A model generated the notes under the pieces. The model was given only the letters and a program-made list of their open reading frames with translations. It was not told the origin of the DNA and ran no database searches. The position numbers and the translations under genes are program-made. A stretch of 64,000 nucleotides of DNA from Clostridia bacterium. Its GTDB lineage: Bacteria > Bacillota > Clostridia > Oscillospirales > UBA644. The DNA is taken from the NCBI GenBank assembly GCA_017621705.1, contig JAGASR010000004.1:10633-74632 (forward strand), in the 5' to 3' direction. Below, piece by piece: positions 1-9,255 of this stretch (the first letter of the stretch is position 1; each line of letters opens with the position of its first letter).

Positions 1-45
1 TCAAATGTTATGTAAAACACATAATAGGGCTAAAGGTAATAGATG

Positions 46-85
46 AAAAATATCCCGTAACCAATTAAAGTTACGGGATATTTTT
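46..85 (-). terminator. Intrinsic terminator hairpin after the URO-D-like gene
   Basis: 12-bp stem atatcccgtaac/gttacgggatat flanked by A/T runs. It overlaps the stop codon at 84-86. Confidence 0.6.
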
Positions 86-1292
86 AATATGCTCTGTTAT
101 CCTTAAATGCATCGATCATTGCTTTTACATGATGCTCGGGCATATCCGCAGGAAGATTGTGGACACCCGAAAAGATGTAATTTCCGCCTTTGCCGAAAAC
201 TTTGAGATTTTCCGTTACAGCAGAATAGACCTGCTCGTAAGTTGCCGCTTTGTCGATAAGCTGACCGTCGTAGCCGCCGCCCCAGAGAATAACGCGATCA
301 CCGAATTCTTCTTTCAGCTTTTCGGCAGACATATTCGCCGCGGAGGTCTGAATGGGGTTTATGATATCGACGCCGCAGTCGATAAGATCGTTCATAATGC
401 CGTAGATCGAGCCGCAGGAGTGAAGATTGATCTTCATATTTGTTATCGATTTCCAGCCTGTAAAAAGCCTTGTATAATGCTCTTTATAGATCTCTCTCCA
501 GAGCGCATCGCCGATCGTTACGCCTCTGTTATCTCCGAAATCGTGCGCTATTGAAAGAATATCAACGTACTTTCCGACAGCTTGCTCGAGCAGTTTTATC
601 TGTTTCAACGCCGCATTGAGACATTTTTCGAGGAACGCCTTCATTATCTCTGGCTCTTCCATCATCAGAATCATATGGCCGATCATGCCACCGGGGGCGA
701 CCTGCAGATCCGTTATGCTTTCTCCGAGGCAGATACAAAGATCCGTCTCTTCGTAAATACGTTTTGCCTGCTCCTCGAGCGAACGGAGCGTATTTTCATT
801 GATAGTGTCTCTCGGGTTGAATTTATCGGGGTCGGGCGTTCCGAAATCCTGATGCATATCAGTACTGCCCTTGTAATCGAAATAATAGCAGCCTTTCGGA
901 CAGTATGCGCCGCCTCTTGAATCCCAGACGATGCTTCCGTCTTCGTTTTCCGTAAACTTTTCATTTACGGGGACGGCAAAAGTCTTTCCCCAGAGCCTCT
1001 GCTCCTTCCATTGATCCGCAACGTTTCCGCGAAATTCGCTCGGACACATATTCGGCGATGCCAAAAGGATTATGTCTCCGCCCATCGCTTTTATTACGGG
1101 CTCTTCGAAGACTGCGTTTGTCATGAAAGTGTCGAGCTTTGTCGGATTATTTTCGTCGCAGGCGAGCACTTTTTTCAGTTTGTCGTATGTCAGAAGATGA
1201 AGTCCCGTCGTTTCACAGCCGCCGAGGCCGTTCGGGATCTTATCGGGAACACGGTGATCGAGTACCGCGCGTACACGTTCTCTTGAAGTCAT
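84..1292 (-). CDS. Uroporphyrinogen-decarboxylase-fold (MtaA/URO-D-like) family protein
   Basis: 402-aa ORF from ATG 1292 with GGAGA upstream. The 475-aa track ORF is an upstream extension. Family resemblance judged by eye only. Confidence 0.7.
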   Translation of the reverse strand: MTSRERVRAVLDHRVPDKIPNGLGGCETTGLHLLTYDKLKKVLACDENNPTKLDTFMTNAVFEEPVIKAMGGDIILLASPNMCPSEFRGNVADQWKEQRLWGKTFAVPVNEKFTENEDGSIVWDSRGGAYCPKGCYYFDYKGSTDMHQDFGTPDPDKFNPRDTINENTLRSLEEQAKRIYEETDLCICLGESITDLQVAPGGMIGHMILMMEEPEIMKAFLEKCLNAALKQIKLLEQAVGKYVDILSIAHDFGDNRGVTIGDALWREIYKEHYTRLFTGWKSITNMKINLHSCGSIYGIMNDLIDCGVDIINPIQTSAANMSAEKLKEEFGDRVILWGGGYDGQLIDKAATYEQVYSAVTENLKVFGKGGNYIFSGVHNLPADMPEHHVKAMIDAFKDNRAY

Positions 1293-1438
1293 TGAAGATT
1301 CTCCGATCTGTTTTTTTATATTATAACATAACGGTTTTGTCCGGTCAATACTCAAAATTAATAATAATTGACATTTTCGGTTAATTGTGCTATAATCTAA
1401 AAGAAAATTCCGCATACCGAAGTGTGCGGAATGAGATG

Positions 1439-2443
1439 TTAAACAAGAATTATTCGTCTGTTCTTTTCGTTTGCGATCTGCCATGCTTTTTCTTTTGTTA
1501 TACCGTTGCATTGGTTGAAATATATAACCTGATCTTCTCGAAGACCGTCAAAATAAAGCTCAAGATCTTCTGCTGCTCTGTCGTTTACCTGCAATGATTT
1601 CAGCTTATCCATATTTCTGAAATGAGGAATGAGCTGTGAATGGCTTCCGCATAAATGGATCATGCCGCCGTTCGGGTAAACGCCCAGAAGCTCGTTGTCA
1701 AGCTCCATGATAAATTCTTCGTAAAGTTCGGGGGAAAGAAGCTGACATGTGCATCCGCATATCTGTCCGTGTCCCGGTGGTTGTGTACGGTGTCCGGCAA
1801 TTATGGGCTGCAGCTGTTCTTCGGGTATGTGCGCACGATACCATTGATGTATTTCTATGAGAAGATCATTTATTATTTTCAGATCGTGTCTTGCGGCATC
1901 GGGATCTTCTATCATTGCAATCAGAATATCCTGACCGTAAAGATTTACCGCAATATTAAGAACGCTTGCGATCGTCGGCAATCCGAAAAGAGGAACGGAT
2001 ACGTCAAAATCAACAAATGCTTTTGCGACACGTTTCGCAATAAGCCATGTTTCGTTCGTTTCAAGATCGGGCTTCTTAAGCTCGCCTATCGGAGTCTTCA
2101 GATAAAAGCTGTTCCAGCCGCCCGTTTTACGAACGACCTCTGCCCCGAAGATCTTGTCTATAAAATGTACTCCGTAGGGGTCCTGCTGAATACAGAGAGG
2201 AACAAAACGTTCTTCCGAAATGACATCATAAGCCTTCTTTGCAAGGTCTTCCAATGCCTGCTCCACCCATTTTTCTGGTTCTGTGTAAAGGATATTCGGG
2301 TCGGGCGCTGATCCGTATACACCGTTAAGATAAAAAGGCTCTTTTCTCTCGCCTCTGTAAAGAGTATACATCTCGTTGAACCATTTTTCATGGTAGGAGA
2401 TAAGCCGTTCGTCATTGAGTATTTTACGTGTTTTTTCGTTCAT
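1439..2443 (-). CDS. Hypothetical protein, possibly URO-D-fold family
   Basis: 334-aa ORF with AGGAGG RBS before ATG 2443. Same orientation as the neighbouring URO-D-like gene. Weak family resemblance. Confidence 0.6.
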   Translation of the reverse strand: MNEKTRKILNDERLISYHEKWFNEMYTLYRGERKEPFYLNGVYGSAPDPNILYTEPEKWVEQALEDLAKKAYDVISEERFVPLCIQQDPYGVHFIDKIFGAEVVRKTGGWNSFYLKTPIGELKKPDLETNETWLIAKRVAKAFVDFDVSVPLFGLPTIASVLNIAVNLYGQDILIAMIEDPDAARHDLKIINDLLIEIHQWYRAHIPEEQLQPIIAGHRTQPPGHGQICGCTCQLLSPELYEEFIMELDNELLGVYPNGGMIHLCGSHSQLIPHFRNMDKLKSLQVNDRAAEDLELYFDGLREDQVIYFNQCNGITKEKAWQIANEKNRRIILV

Positions 2444-2577
2444 ACATCTTTCCTCCTTTTATAACATTATATCATGGTTTAGGGTAAAGGTCAAGAGAAA
2501 ATTGATCTATGCGTAAAAACACTTCCGAAGAAGTGTTTGAGGATTTATTATTCTGAGTTATGCCTATCACTTATTCC

Positions 2578-2775
2578 CTCTTCTCTTTTACCTAGTTACT
2601 TCAAAAATTTCCACACCTACGTGCATGATATTCTGATCTCGTAATATAAAAATGCAATTTAACCCAAATGAAGATCTGCGAAGCAAATCAACCATACTTC
2701 TTCACTATTACCTCTTACTTATTATCTTCAAAAATTCCTGAATGCGAATTTTAGTGAAGAGGTAAAAGGTAAGAG
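2578..2775. repeat. ~200-bp segment bounded by imperfect ~23-bp inverted repeats next to tRNA-Arg
   Basis: ctcttctcttttacctagttacttc (2578-2602) versus the reverse complement of agtgaagaggtaaaaggtaagag (2753-2775). An internal direct copy lies at ~2697-2740. No ORF. Confidence 0.35.
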
Positions 2776-2817
2776 TTAAAAAGTAAAAATCCTGAACGCT
2801 TTTGCATTCAGGATTTT
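2776..2817 (-). terminator. Intrinsic terminator directly after the tRNA
   Basis: aatcctgaa...ttcaggatt hairpin followed by a T-run on the minus strand, immediately 3' of the encoded CCA. Confidence 0.75.
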
Positions 2818-2892
2818 TGGCACCCCCAACGGGAATCGAACCCATAACTAACCCTTAGGAGGGGTTTATTATATCCATTTAACTATGGGGGC
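2818..2892 (-). tRNA. tRNA-Arg (anticodon CCU)
   Basis: 75-nt cloverleaf folded by hand. Acceptor GCCCCCA/TGGGGGT, anticodon arm AACCC-CTCCTAA-GGGTT, T-arm ATGGG-TTCGATT-CCCGT, encoded GCCA 3' end. Confidence 0.9.
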
Positions 2893-2966
2893 GTGCTTTT
2901 TAGTTTTTTACGTCTTTAAATTATACAATATATTCTTTGAAAAATCAAGAGGTTTACAAAAATTTT

Positions 2967-4124
2967 ATGAAATCGCAGAATAAACAGAAAATCATGATGT
3001 TTTTCTCGGGAATTGCAGGAAAATATAACGAAAATCCCGATTATTTCCTCTGCGCCGAAGTAGAGTTCGTTTCGGGCGGCAAAAAGTACAGCGGAACCGT
3101 CCGTGAATCTGACGGTGGGCTTGAATATTCATTCCTCGGCAAGCGCCGTTTTGAATCTGTTTCCGATCTTCTTTCGGCTGTTTGCGACGATATGTTAAAA
3201 TACGATTCCGCAGTCTTTTCTTATCGCGAAAGAGGCAAAACGACCGTAATTTCAGCAGACGACCGCAACGTAAAGATCTCGAAAAACGAGACCGAGGGCG
3301 AATACGTCGATACCGCGCAACTCCGTTCAAAAGACTATATCATCAACCCCCAGAAAGCGCAGAAGCTCATGCGTGTTCTCGGTTATCTTACCGAAGACGG
3401 CAAGATCAAAAACGACATGATAAGAAAATACAATCAGACAGAGCGTTTTATCGAACTTATCGCCCCGATGTTTGACGATCTTCCCGAAAATACGACTTTG
3501 CGCATCGTTGACTGCGCCTGCGGAAAGAGCTATCTTTCTTTCGTTCTGAATTACTATCTCTGGGAAGTCCGCCGCATAAAAGCAAAATTTGTGGGTATCG
3601 ATATTTCCGAAAACGTCATCACCGAAAGCCGCAAAATGGCGGAAGAACTCAATTATAAAAACATGGAATTCATCTGCGAAGATCTTCGTTATTATGACAG
3701 CGTCGAGGCTCCCGATATCGTAATTTCTCTTCATGCATGCGACGTTGCGACCGATATGGCTCTCGGCTATGCGATCCGCGGAGGAGCAAAGAAGATCATC
3801 TGCGTTCCGTGTTGCCATAAAGAACTTCTCGATAAATACAGAAAGGACGACCTTGCGCCGATCATCAAACACGGCGTCATGCGTGCGCGTCTTAACGATA
3901 TCCTCACCGACGGTCTTCGTATGGCAAAGCTCGAAGCTGTCGGCTATTCCGTAAGCTGTGTTGAATACTGTTCTCCGCTCGATACTCCGAAAAATCTTCT
4001 CATCCGCGCGGAAAAAATCAAAAAATCCGACAAGGCAGCCGAAAAAGCTTACTACGATCTGCTTTCCGAGCTTTCCGTATTCCCCTCGATCGAAGCATAT
4101 TCGATGATAAGCGACGAAGAATAA
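2967..4124 (+). CDS. Class I SAM-dependent methyltransferase
   Basis: VDCACGKSYLS glycine-rich SAM motif plus downstream HACDVATD. The start is uncertain (TTG 2937 or ATG 2967). Confidence 0.75.
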   Translation: MKSQNKQKIMMFFSGIAGKYNENPDYFLCAEVEFVSGGKKYSGTVRESDGGLEYSFLGKRRFESVSDLLSAVCDDMLKYDSAVFSYRERGKTTVISADDRNVKISKNETEGEYVDTAQLRSKDYIINPQKAQKLMRVLGYLTEDGKIKNDMIRKYNQTERFIELIAPMFDDLPENTTLRIVDCACGKSYLSFVLNYYLWEVRRIKAKFVGIDISENVITESRKMAEELNYKNMEFICEDLRYYDSVEAPDIVISLHACDVATDMALGYAIRGGAKKIICVPCCHKELLDKYRKDDLAPIIKHGVMRARLNDILTDGLRMAKLEAVGYSVSCVEYCSPLDTPKNLLIRAEKIKKSDKAAEKAYYDLLSELSVFPSIEAYSMISDEE

Positions 4125-4134
4125 ATACGATCTT

Positions 4135-4178
4135 AAAACGGAAAAGATTTTTTTATGAAATTTTTTTCCGTTTTTTTT
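4135..4178 (+). terminator. Intrinsic terminator
   Basis: aaaacggaaaa / ttttccgtttt stem followed by T8, 11 nt after the stop at 4124. Confidence 0.8.
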
Positions 4179-4185
4179 GTTTTAC

Positions 4186-4214
4186 TTGACATTGATGCTC
4201 AAATATGATATTAT
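4186..4214 (+). promoter_or_regulatory. Sigma-A-type promoter
   Basis: TTGACA (4186-4191), 17-nt spacer ending in TGa, then TATTAT (4209-4214). Lies ~75 nt upstream of the ATG at 4289. Confidence 0.65.
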
Positions 4215-4288
4215 ATTATATAATTGTAGATTAATGGGCATATTGCGCCCTTTTACCGATAAATAATATTCAGGAGAGTTTCGGCACG

Positions 4289-5602
4289 ATGAAAAGATTT
4301 TTAACATTGATGTTCTTTATGCTTTCGATCGCCTGTATGATCGCTTTTGTAACGGCTTGTTCACCCGATGAGTCTTCCGACGACGATAATTCTCCCGATA
4401 TCGTCTCCGAAAACAGCGGAGACAACATCGAAGCTGATCCCGAAGATCTTCCCGAAACCGTAACCGAAGAAGATCCCGAAACCGAGAATACCGACGAAGA
4501 TCTGACCGAAAACGAGGTTGAGGATCTTCCCGAAGATACGGAAGAAGTTCAGACCGAATCCGAAGAACCCGTCGAACAGGAAGAAGTTGTCGAGGAAGTC
4601 CGCCTTGATGCAATTCCGCTCAAGATCGTTGATGAAGAGATCGACTGGAATGCGGATTATAACAAACCCAAGGTCGATTTTGATGCGATCGTCCCCGGTC
4701 TCGTTTCCCAGAATGTCTATGTCGGTCACGATGGCTGGATGTTCTACGGCGGCACCATCAAGGATTATACCGAAACCTGTACCTACAGCGAAAACCGTCT
4801 TAATTTCCTCACCAAAAAGCTTGTCGAACGTCTCGATTTCTGCGAAGAAAACGGCATCAAGCTTTATTTCGTCGTAACTCCCAATAAAAACTCCGTATAT
4901 CCCGAATATATGGCGACCGAAGGCATCGAAATGGCAGAAAACCGCTCTATCGATGTAATTCTCGGTCATATCGCTGAAAATACGGGTCTTACGGTCATCG
5001 ACTGCCGCGACGGTCTCTTTGCCGCAAAAGAGCAGTATCCCGACGAAAATCTTTATTATAAGCTCGATACCCACTGGAACAATCACGGCGGTTTTGCAGC
5101 GTATACCCAGATAATGGAGGCAGTCTCGAAAGATTTCCCGAATGCCGTTCAGTATAAAAAAGAAGATTATCAGATCGATTATTTCGAATCTTATATGAAA
5201 GACGAAGCATACTATCTCGGCTGGTACGACACCTTTACCGAGCAGGGCCCCGTCTACACCCTCAAAAACGGACTCACGGCTACCATGACTTCCCGTAAAG
5301 ACAGCGGTCCCTACGGCGAATTTATCCACGCTTATATTCACGAAAACGGCTACAGAGACAAGACCGATTACTGTACTTTCGAAAATACGAACGTCGCTGA
5401 CGCTCCTTCTGTTTACGTCATCCGCGACTCGTTCGGCATCGCTCTCGTTCCGTTCATCACAGACAGTTTTTCCGAGGCTACCTTTAACTGGACGCTCGGC
5501 TTCAACAAAGACGATATTCTCGCAAAGAAGCCCGATATCGTCATCATGCAGGTCGTCGAAAGAAGTCTTGCGGATTTCTTCAATCAGTCAGCATTCAAAT
5601 AA
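4289..5602 (+). CDS. Lipoprotein with acidic linker and DHHW/AlgX-like SGNH-fold domain
   Basis: Signal peptide with lipobox (FVTAC), a D/E-rich ~90-aa linker, and a YKLDTHWN motif typical of DHHW/AlgJ-AlgX-like proteins. Confidence 0.7.
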   Translation: MKRFLTLMFFMLSIACMIAFVTACSPDESSDDDNSPDIVSENSGDNIEADPEDLPETVTEEDPETENTDEDLTENEVEDLPEDTEEVQTESEEPVEQEEVVEEVRLDAIPLKIVDEEIDWNADYNKPKVDFDAIVPGLVSQNVYVGHDGWMFYGGTIKDYTETCTYSENRLNFLTKKLVERLDFCEENGIKLYFVVTPNKNSVYPEYMATEGIEMAENRSIDVILGHIAENTGLTVIDCRDGLFAAKEQYPDENLYYKLDTHWNNHGGFAAYTQIMEAVSKDFPNAVQYKKEDYQIDYFESYMKDEAYYLGWYDTFTEQGPVYTLKNGLTATMTSRKDSGPYGEFIHAYIHENGYRDKTDYCTFENTNVADAPSVYVIRDSFGIALVPFITDSFSEATFNWTLGFNKDDILAKKPDIVIMQVVERSLADFFNQSAFK

Positions 5603-5655
5603 AAACAGTACTTGAAAATATAAACAAGAACCGTCAAAACAAGGAGGTTTAACCG

Positions 5656-6471
5656 ATGAATTTCAAAATCGGATTTATAGGCGCAGGCCACATGGCAAAA
5701 GCGCTCATTTTCGGACTTGTCGGCTCCGGCGCGTACGATAAAAGAGAGATCCTTATCTACGATACAGATGCCGCTAAACTGGAAAATTACAGACAGGCGG
5801 GCTTCCGCGTTGCTTCTTCCGAAACCGAAGTAATGACGAATGCCACCTTCGTTTTCCTCGCAGTCCGTCCCGGCGATCTCGTTTCCGTCCTCAAGAAAAC
5901 AGCTCCCGTTATAACCGTAGGCAATGTCCTTATTTCCGTTGCGGCAGGCGTATCCATAAGCTTCATCAAGAAGTATACCCGCCCCGAATGCAAGGTCGTA
6001 AGAATCATGCCCAATACTGCGGCTCAGGTATGCCTCGGCGCTACCGCTCTTTCCTACGATATGCCCGTAACTTACAGCGAACTTACCGCTGTCCGTGAAA
6101 TGCTCGAAAATCTCGGCGTTGTCGAGATCCTTCCCGAGGACAGAATGAACGAAGTAATTTCACTCAACTCTTCTTCTCCCGTTTACGTTTATATGCTCGC
6201 AAGAGCTATGATCGACGGCGCGAAAAATCAGGGCATCGAAGAAGATACCGCTCGCAGACTCGCAGTACAGACAATTCTCGGTGCTGCGAAAATGCTTGAT
6301 GCTTCCGAAGAAGATATCTCCAAGATGATATCCGATGTATGCACTCCCAACGGTACCACCATCAAAGCCGTTGATTACCTTGAAAAACGCGGATTTGAAC
6401 AGGCTCTCGCAGATGCTATGTTAACTTGCACAAAGCGCGCAAACTTGATCGAAAGAGAAATCGAAAACTGA
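5656..6471 (+). CDS. proC: Pyrroline-5-carboxylate reductase
   Basis: N-terminal IGFIGAGHMAKA Rossmann motif, a ProC-like C-terminal dimerisation region, AGGAGG RBS. Confidence 0.9.
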   Translation: MNFKIGFIGAGHMAKALIFGLVGSGAYDKREILIYDTDAAKLENYRQAGFRVASSETEVMTNATFVFLAVRPGDLVSVLKKTAPVITVGNVLISVAAGVSISFIKKYTRPECKVVRIMPNTAAQVCLGATALSYDMPVTYSELTAVREMLENLGVVEILPEDRMNEVISLNSSSPVYVYMLARAMIDGAKNQGIEEDTARRLAVQTILGAAKMLDASEEDISKMISDVCTPNGTTIKAVDYLEKRGFEQALADAMLTCTKRANLIEREIEN

Positions 6472-6614
6472 TATTTTTATATTCGAATTTTTCATGGCTA
6501 ATATCTCCGATTTTGGGTATTTGTCTGGTGTACTGTCCTTTTTTTGGGACACTCGGCAAATCATATGTGCAAAGTAAACAAAAAAATATACTTTTTTTGA
6601 ATTGCTCTGCATCT

Positions 6615-6642
6615 TTTCAAAACCGGAAAAATGTGTTATAAT
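6615..6642 (+). promoter_or_regulatory. Candidate extended -10 promoter
   Basis: TGTTATAAT at 6634-6642 with a weak TTTCAA -35 element 16 nt upstream. Lies ~70 nt before the GTG at 6713. Confidence 0.45.
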
Positions 6643-6712
6643 ATTATAGCAAGAGAGATCTTGCGTTAATAAATAATCTTAATCTTAATCATATAAACGG
6701 AGGTTTTACACT

Positions 6713-7834
6713 GTGGCAGGATTAGTATTAAAGAACATTGGTAAGGTTTATCAGGGCGGCGTTCGCGCTGTTACCGACTTTAACCTTAAGATCAAAGATA
6801 AAGAGTTCATCATTCTCGTAGGTCCTTCCGGTTGCGGTAAGTCTACCACTCTTCGTATGATCGCAGGTCTCGAAGAAATCAGCGAAGGCGAACTTTACAT
6901 TGACGAACGTCTCGTTAACGATATCGCTCCCAAAGACAGAGATATCGCGATGGTTTTCCAGAACTACGCTCTTTATCCCCATATGACCGTTTTCGAAAAC
7001 ATGGCATTCGGTCTTAAACTTCGTAAAGTATCCAAAGAAGAAATCAAACGTCGCGTCGACGAAGCAGCTAGAATCCTTGACATCTCTCATCTCCTTGACA
7101 GACGTCCCAAGGCTCTTTCCGGTGGTCAGAGACAGCGTGTTGCTCTCGGTCGTGCAATCGTTCGTGAACCGAAAGTATTCCTTCTTGACGAACCTCTCTC
7201 CAACCTTGACGCTAAGCTCCGTGCTCAGATGAGAACCGAGCTCTCCAAACTCCATCTTAAACTCGGTACCACCTTCATCTACGTTACCCACGACCAGACT
7301 GAAGCTATGACCATGGCTGACCGTATCGTCGTTATGAAGGACGGCTTCATTCAGCAGTGTGATACTCCTCAGCATCTTTACGATGAACCCTGCAACCTCT
7401 TCGTTGCCGGCTTTATCGGTTCTCCCCAGATGAACTTCGTTGAAGTTAAACTCACCAAGAGAGGCGAAGACGTATTCGTTAACTTCGCAGACTTCGCAGT
7501 TAAAGTTCCCAAGGAAAAGGTTGAAACCGAAAACTACGAAAAACTCATGTCTTACGGTGGTAAGATGGTTATCATGGGTATCCGTCCCGAACATATCCAC
7601 GACGAAGAAATGTACATCGAAAGAATGCCCGACAGCATCATCACCGCTGACGTTGAAGTTACCGAACTTATGGGTGCTGAAACTTATCTCTACCTCGATG
7701 TTAAAGATAACAAGTTCACTGCTCGCGTTGACCCGAAGACCACTGCTAAACCCGGTGATACCATCAAGGTCGCTCTCGACATGAACCACATCCACCTCTT
7801 CGATATCGACACCGAACAGACCATTATTAACTAA
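6713..7834 (+). CDS. Sugar ABC transporter ATP-binding protein (MsmK/MalK/UgpC type)
   Basis: Walker A GPSGCGKST, signature LSGGQRQR, Walker B FLLDEP, C-terminal TOBE-like domain. GTG start with GGAGG RBS. Confidence 0.92.
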   Translation: MAGLVLKNIGKVYQGGVRAVTDFNLKIKDKEFIILVGPSGCGKSTTLRMIAGLEEISEGELYIDERLVNDIAPKDRDIAMVFQNYALYPHMTVFENMAFGLKLRKVSKEEIKRRVDEAARILDISHLLDRRPKALSGGQRQRVALGRAIVREPKVFLLDEPLSNLDAKLRAQMRTELSKLHLKLGTTFIYVTHDQTEAMTMADRIVVMKDGFIQQCDTPQHLYDEPCNLFVAGFIGSPQMNFVEVKLTKRGEDVFVNFADFAVKVPKEKVETENYEKLMSYGGKMVIMGIRPEHIHDEEMYIERMPDSIITADVEVTELMGAETYLYLDVKDNKFTARVDPKTTAKPGDTIKVALDMNHIHLFDIDTEQTIIN

Positions 7835-7930
7835 TTTGTCCCTGTCGATCGCAAAATCAATATTCTAAATCTCTTGAAAAGTTTTGGTACGTTATGTCTG
7901 TATCAGTAATCATACCCTAACCGAAAAACA

Positions 7931-7976
7931 GCGCCTTCCGTTCGGGAGAGATCCCGAACGGGTGGGTGCTTTTTTT
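7931..7976 (+). terminator. Intrinsic terminator
   Basis: ccgttcggga-gaga-tcccgaacgg hairpin extended by gcgcc/ggtgc pairing, then T7. Confidence 0.7.
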
Positions 7977-8005
7977 GTTAAAATGAACGGAGCGGATATA
8001 TTCTG

Positions 8006-8545
8006 ATGGATAAAATGATTTTTGAAAACGAAAATACGGCTGAAAACACCTCTCTTTCCGATTCTGAGTTTCTCGATCTTCTCTCGGAATATTCTCCGTA
8101 TATAGAGAGCGTTGCAAGTTCCTTTCCCGTAAGGCACCGTGAAGACCTCATTCAGGAAGGCATGGTTGCTCTCGACTCCGCATACAGGAGCTATGATGCC
8201 GAAAAAAACGTTCCTATCGAAGCGTACCTCAAAATTTGTATCAAAAGACGTATCTTTTCCGCATACCGTCTGATGAAAAAGAGCGACGAGACCGTCGATA
8301 TCGACGACAATGAAATAAGCGACACCGTAGATATCGAATATGACATCGTCGAAAAAAAATATGCGGAAGATTTCTTTCTTGATCTCAGAGGAAAACTTAC
8401 GGATCTTGAAAAAAACGTACTTTCCGAATATCTCGCGGATAAAACATATCAGCAGATATCCGAAAAGCTCGGTATAAGCGAAAAAACAGTTGATAACACT
8501 CTCGTTCGTATAAAAAATAAGGTAAAAAAATATTTTACCGAGTGA
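8006..8545 (+). CDS. Sigma-70 family RNA polymerase sigma factor (group 3/4-like)
   Basis: Region 2 (DLIQEGMVAL...YLKICIKRR) and region 4 HTH (YQQISEKLGISEKTVDNTLVRIKNK). Confidence 0.8.
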   Translation: MDKMIFENENTAENTSLSDSEFLDLLSEYSPYIESVASSFPVRHREDLIQEGMVALDSAYRSYDAEKNVPIEAYLKICIKRRIFSAYRLMKKSDETVDIDDNEISDTVDIEYDIVEKKYAEDFFLDLRGKLTDLEKNVLSEYLADKTYQQISEKLGISEKTVDNTLVRIKNKVKKYFTE

Positions 8546-8805
8546 GACTTCGCTCTCCATATGCCCACGAATAAATTCACGTTGAAAAAGACGCAATAAA
8601 AATTAAACCGGCAAAAGCATCGAAACAAGGAAGGCATCCTTCAACCCCGGAATGACCGCTTGCACGGCAGCAGGAAAACAGCAGGGTTGCACTCTTTGCA
8701 CCTTAGTTTACATTGTGAAGCTGTGTATAATTCTCGGCTATTGTTCGACGGCTCGGTGTGATTCCGAGACGGGCAACTATTTATTTTTAAGTGAGGTTTC
8801 ACAAA

Positions 8806-9084
8806 ATGTACGAAGATAAAGAATTAGTATGTAAAGATTGCGGCAAAACTTTCGTTTTCACCGCAGGCGAACAGGAATTCTACGCTGAAAAAGGTTTCCA
8901 GAACGAACCCCAGCGTTGCAAAGAATGTAGAAACGCTAAGAAAAACGCAGGCAAAGGCACTCGTGAATTTTTCACCGCTACTTGCGCTTCTTGCGGTGCT
9001 GAAGCTAAAGTTCCCTTCCAGCCCAGAGAAGACAGACCTGTTTACTGCAGCGAATGCTACGCTAAAATGAAGGCTGCCGAATAA
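8806..9084 (+). CDS. Zinc-ribbon domain protein (CxxC pairs)
   Basis: Motifs CKDCG...CKECR and CASCG...CSEC. ATG 8806 is preceded by GTGAGG. The track ORF starts 15 nt earlier at a GTG. Confidence 0.75.
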   Translation: MYEDKELVCKDCGKTFVFTAGEQEFYAEKGFQNEPQRCKECRNAKKNAGKGTREFFTATCASCGAEAKVPFQPREDRPVYCSECYAKMKAAE

Positions 9085-9156
9085 TCAGACCCCATTTAAT
9101 TTAAAATATGCCGTGCAAGAAGAAGGGACCTTTCTGTCCGTTCTGACAAAGACATC

Positions 9157-9188
9157 AGACGCTCGTTTTCGGGCGTCTTTTGTTTTTT
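9157..9188 (+). terminator. Intrinsic terminator
   Basis: agacgc...gcgtct hairpin followed by TTTTGTTTTTT. Confidence 0.65.
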
Positions 9189-9255
9189 CTACGAATATTG
9201 ACAACGTCGCATTGTTATGCTAAAATATAAATATATTATTTCGGGAGGCGAAATT

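Noticed and set aside
1293-1511. N-terminal 73-codon extension of the URO-D-like ORF in the track
   Set aside because: The extension is basic and low-complexity and overlaps the end of the upstream gene. An internal ATG at 1292 has a proper GGAGA RBS and begins the conserved region.
6728-7795. 355-aa ORF antisense to the ABC ATPase gene
   Set aside because: It is a shadow ORF fully inside a gene with unmistakable Walker and signature motifs. It has a low-complexity translation and no RBS. Other long antisense ORFs are rejected for the same reason: 53054-54121, 54866-55786, 58303-59025, 4361-5341, 7910-8596, 59993-60529, 60488-60916, 19820-20455, 1655-2311 and 56809-57447.
8707-8731. TTTACA ... 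TATAAT pair upstream of the zinc-ribbon gene
   Set aside because: The spacer is only 13 nt, too short for a sigma-A promoter, so it is not called as a promoter.
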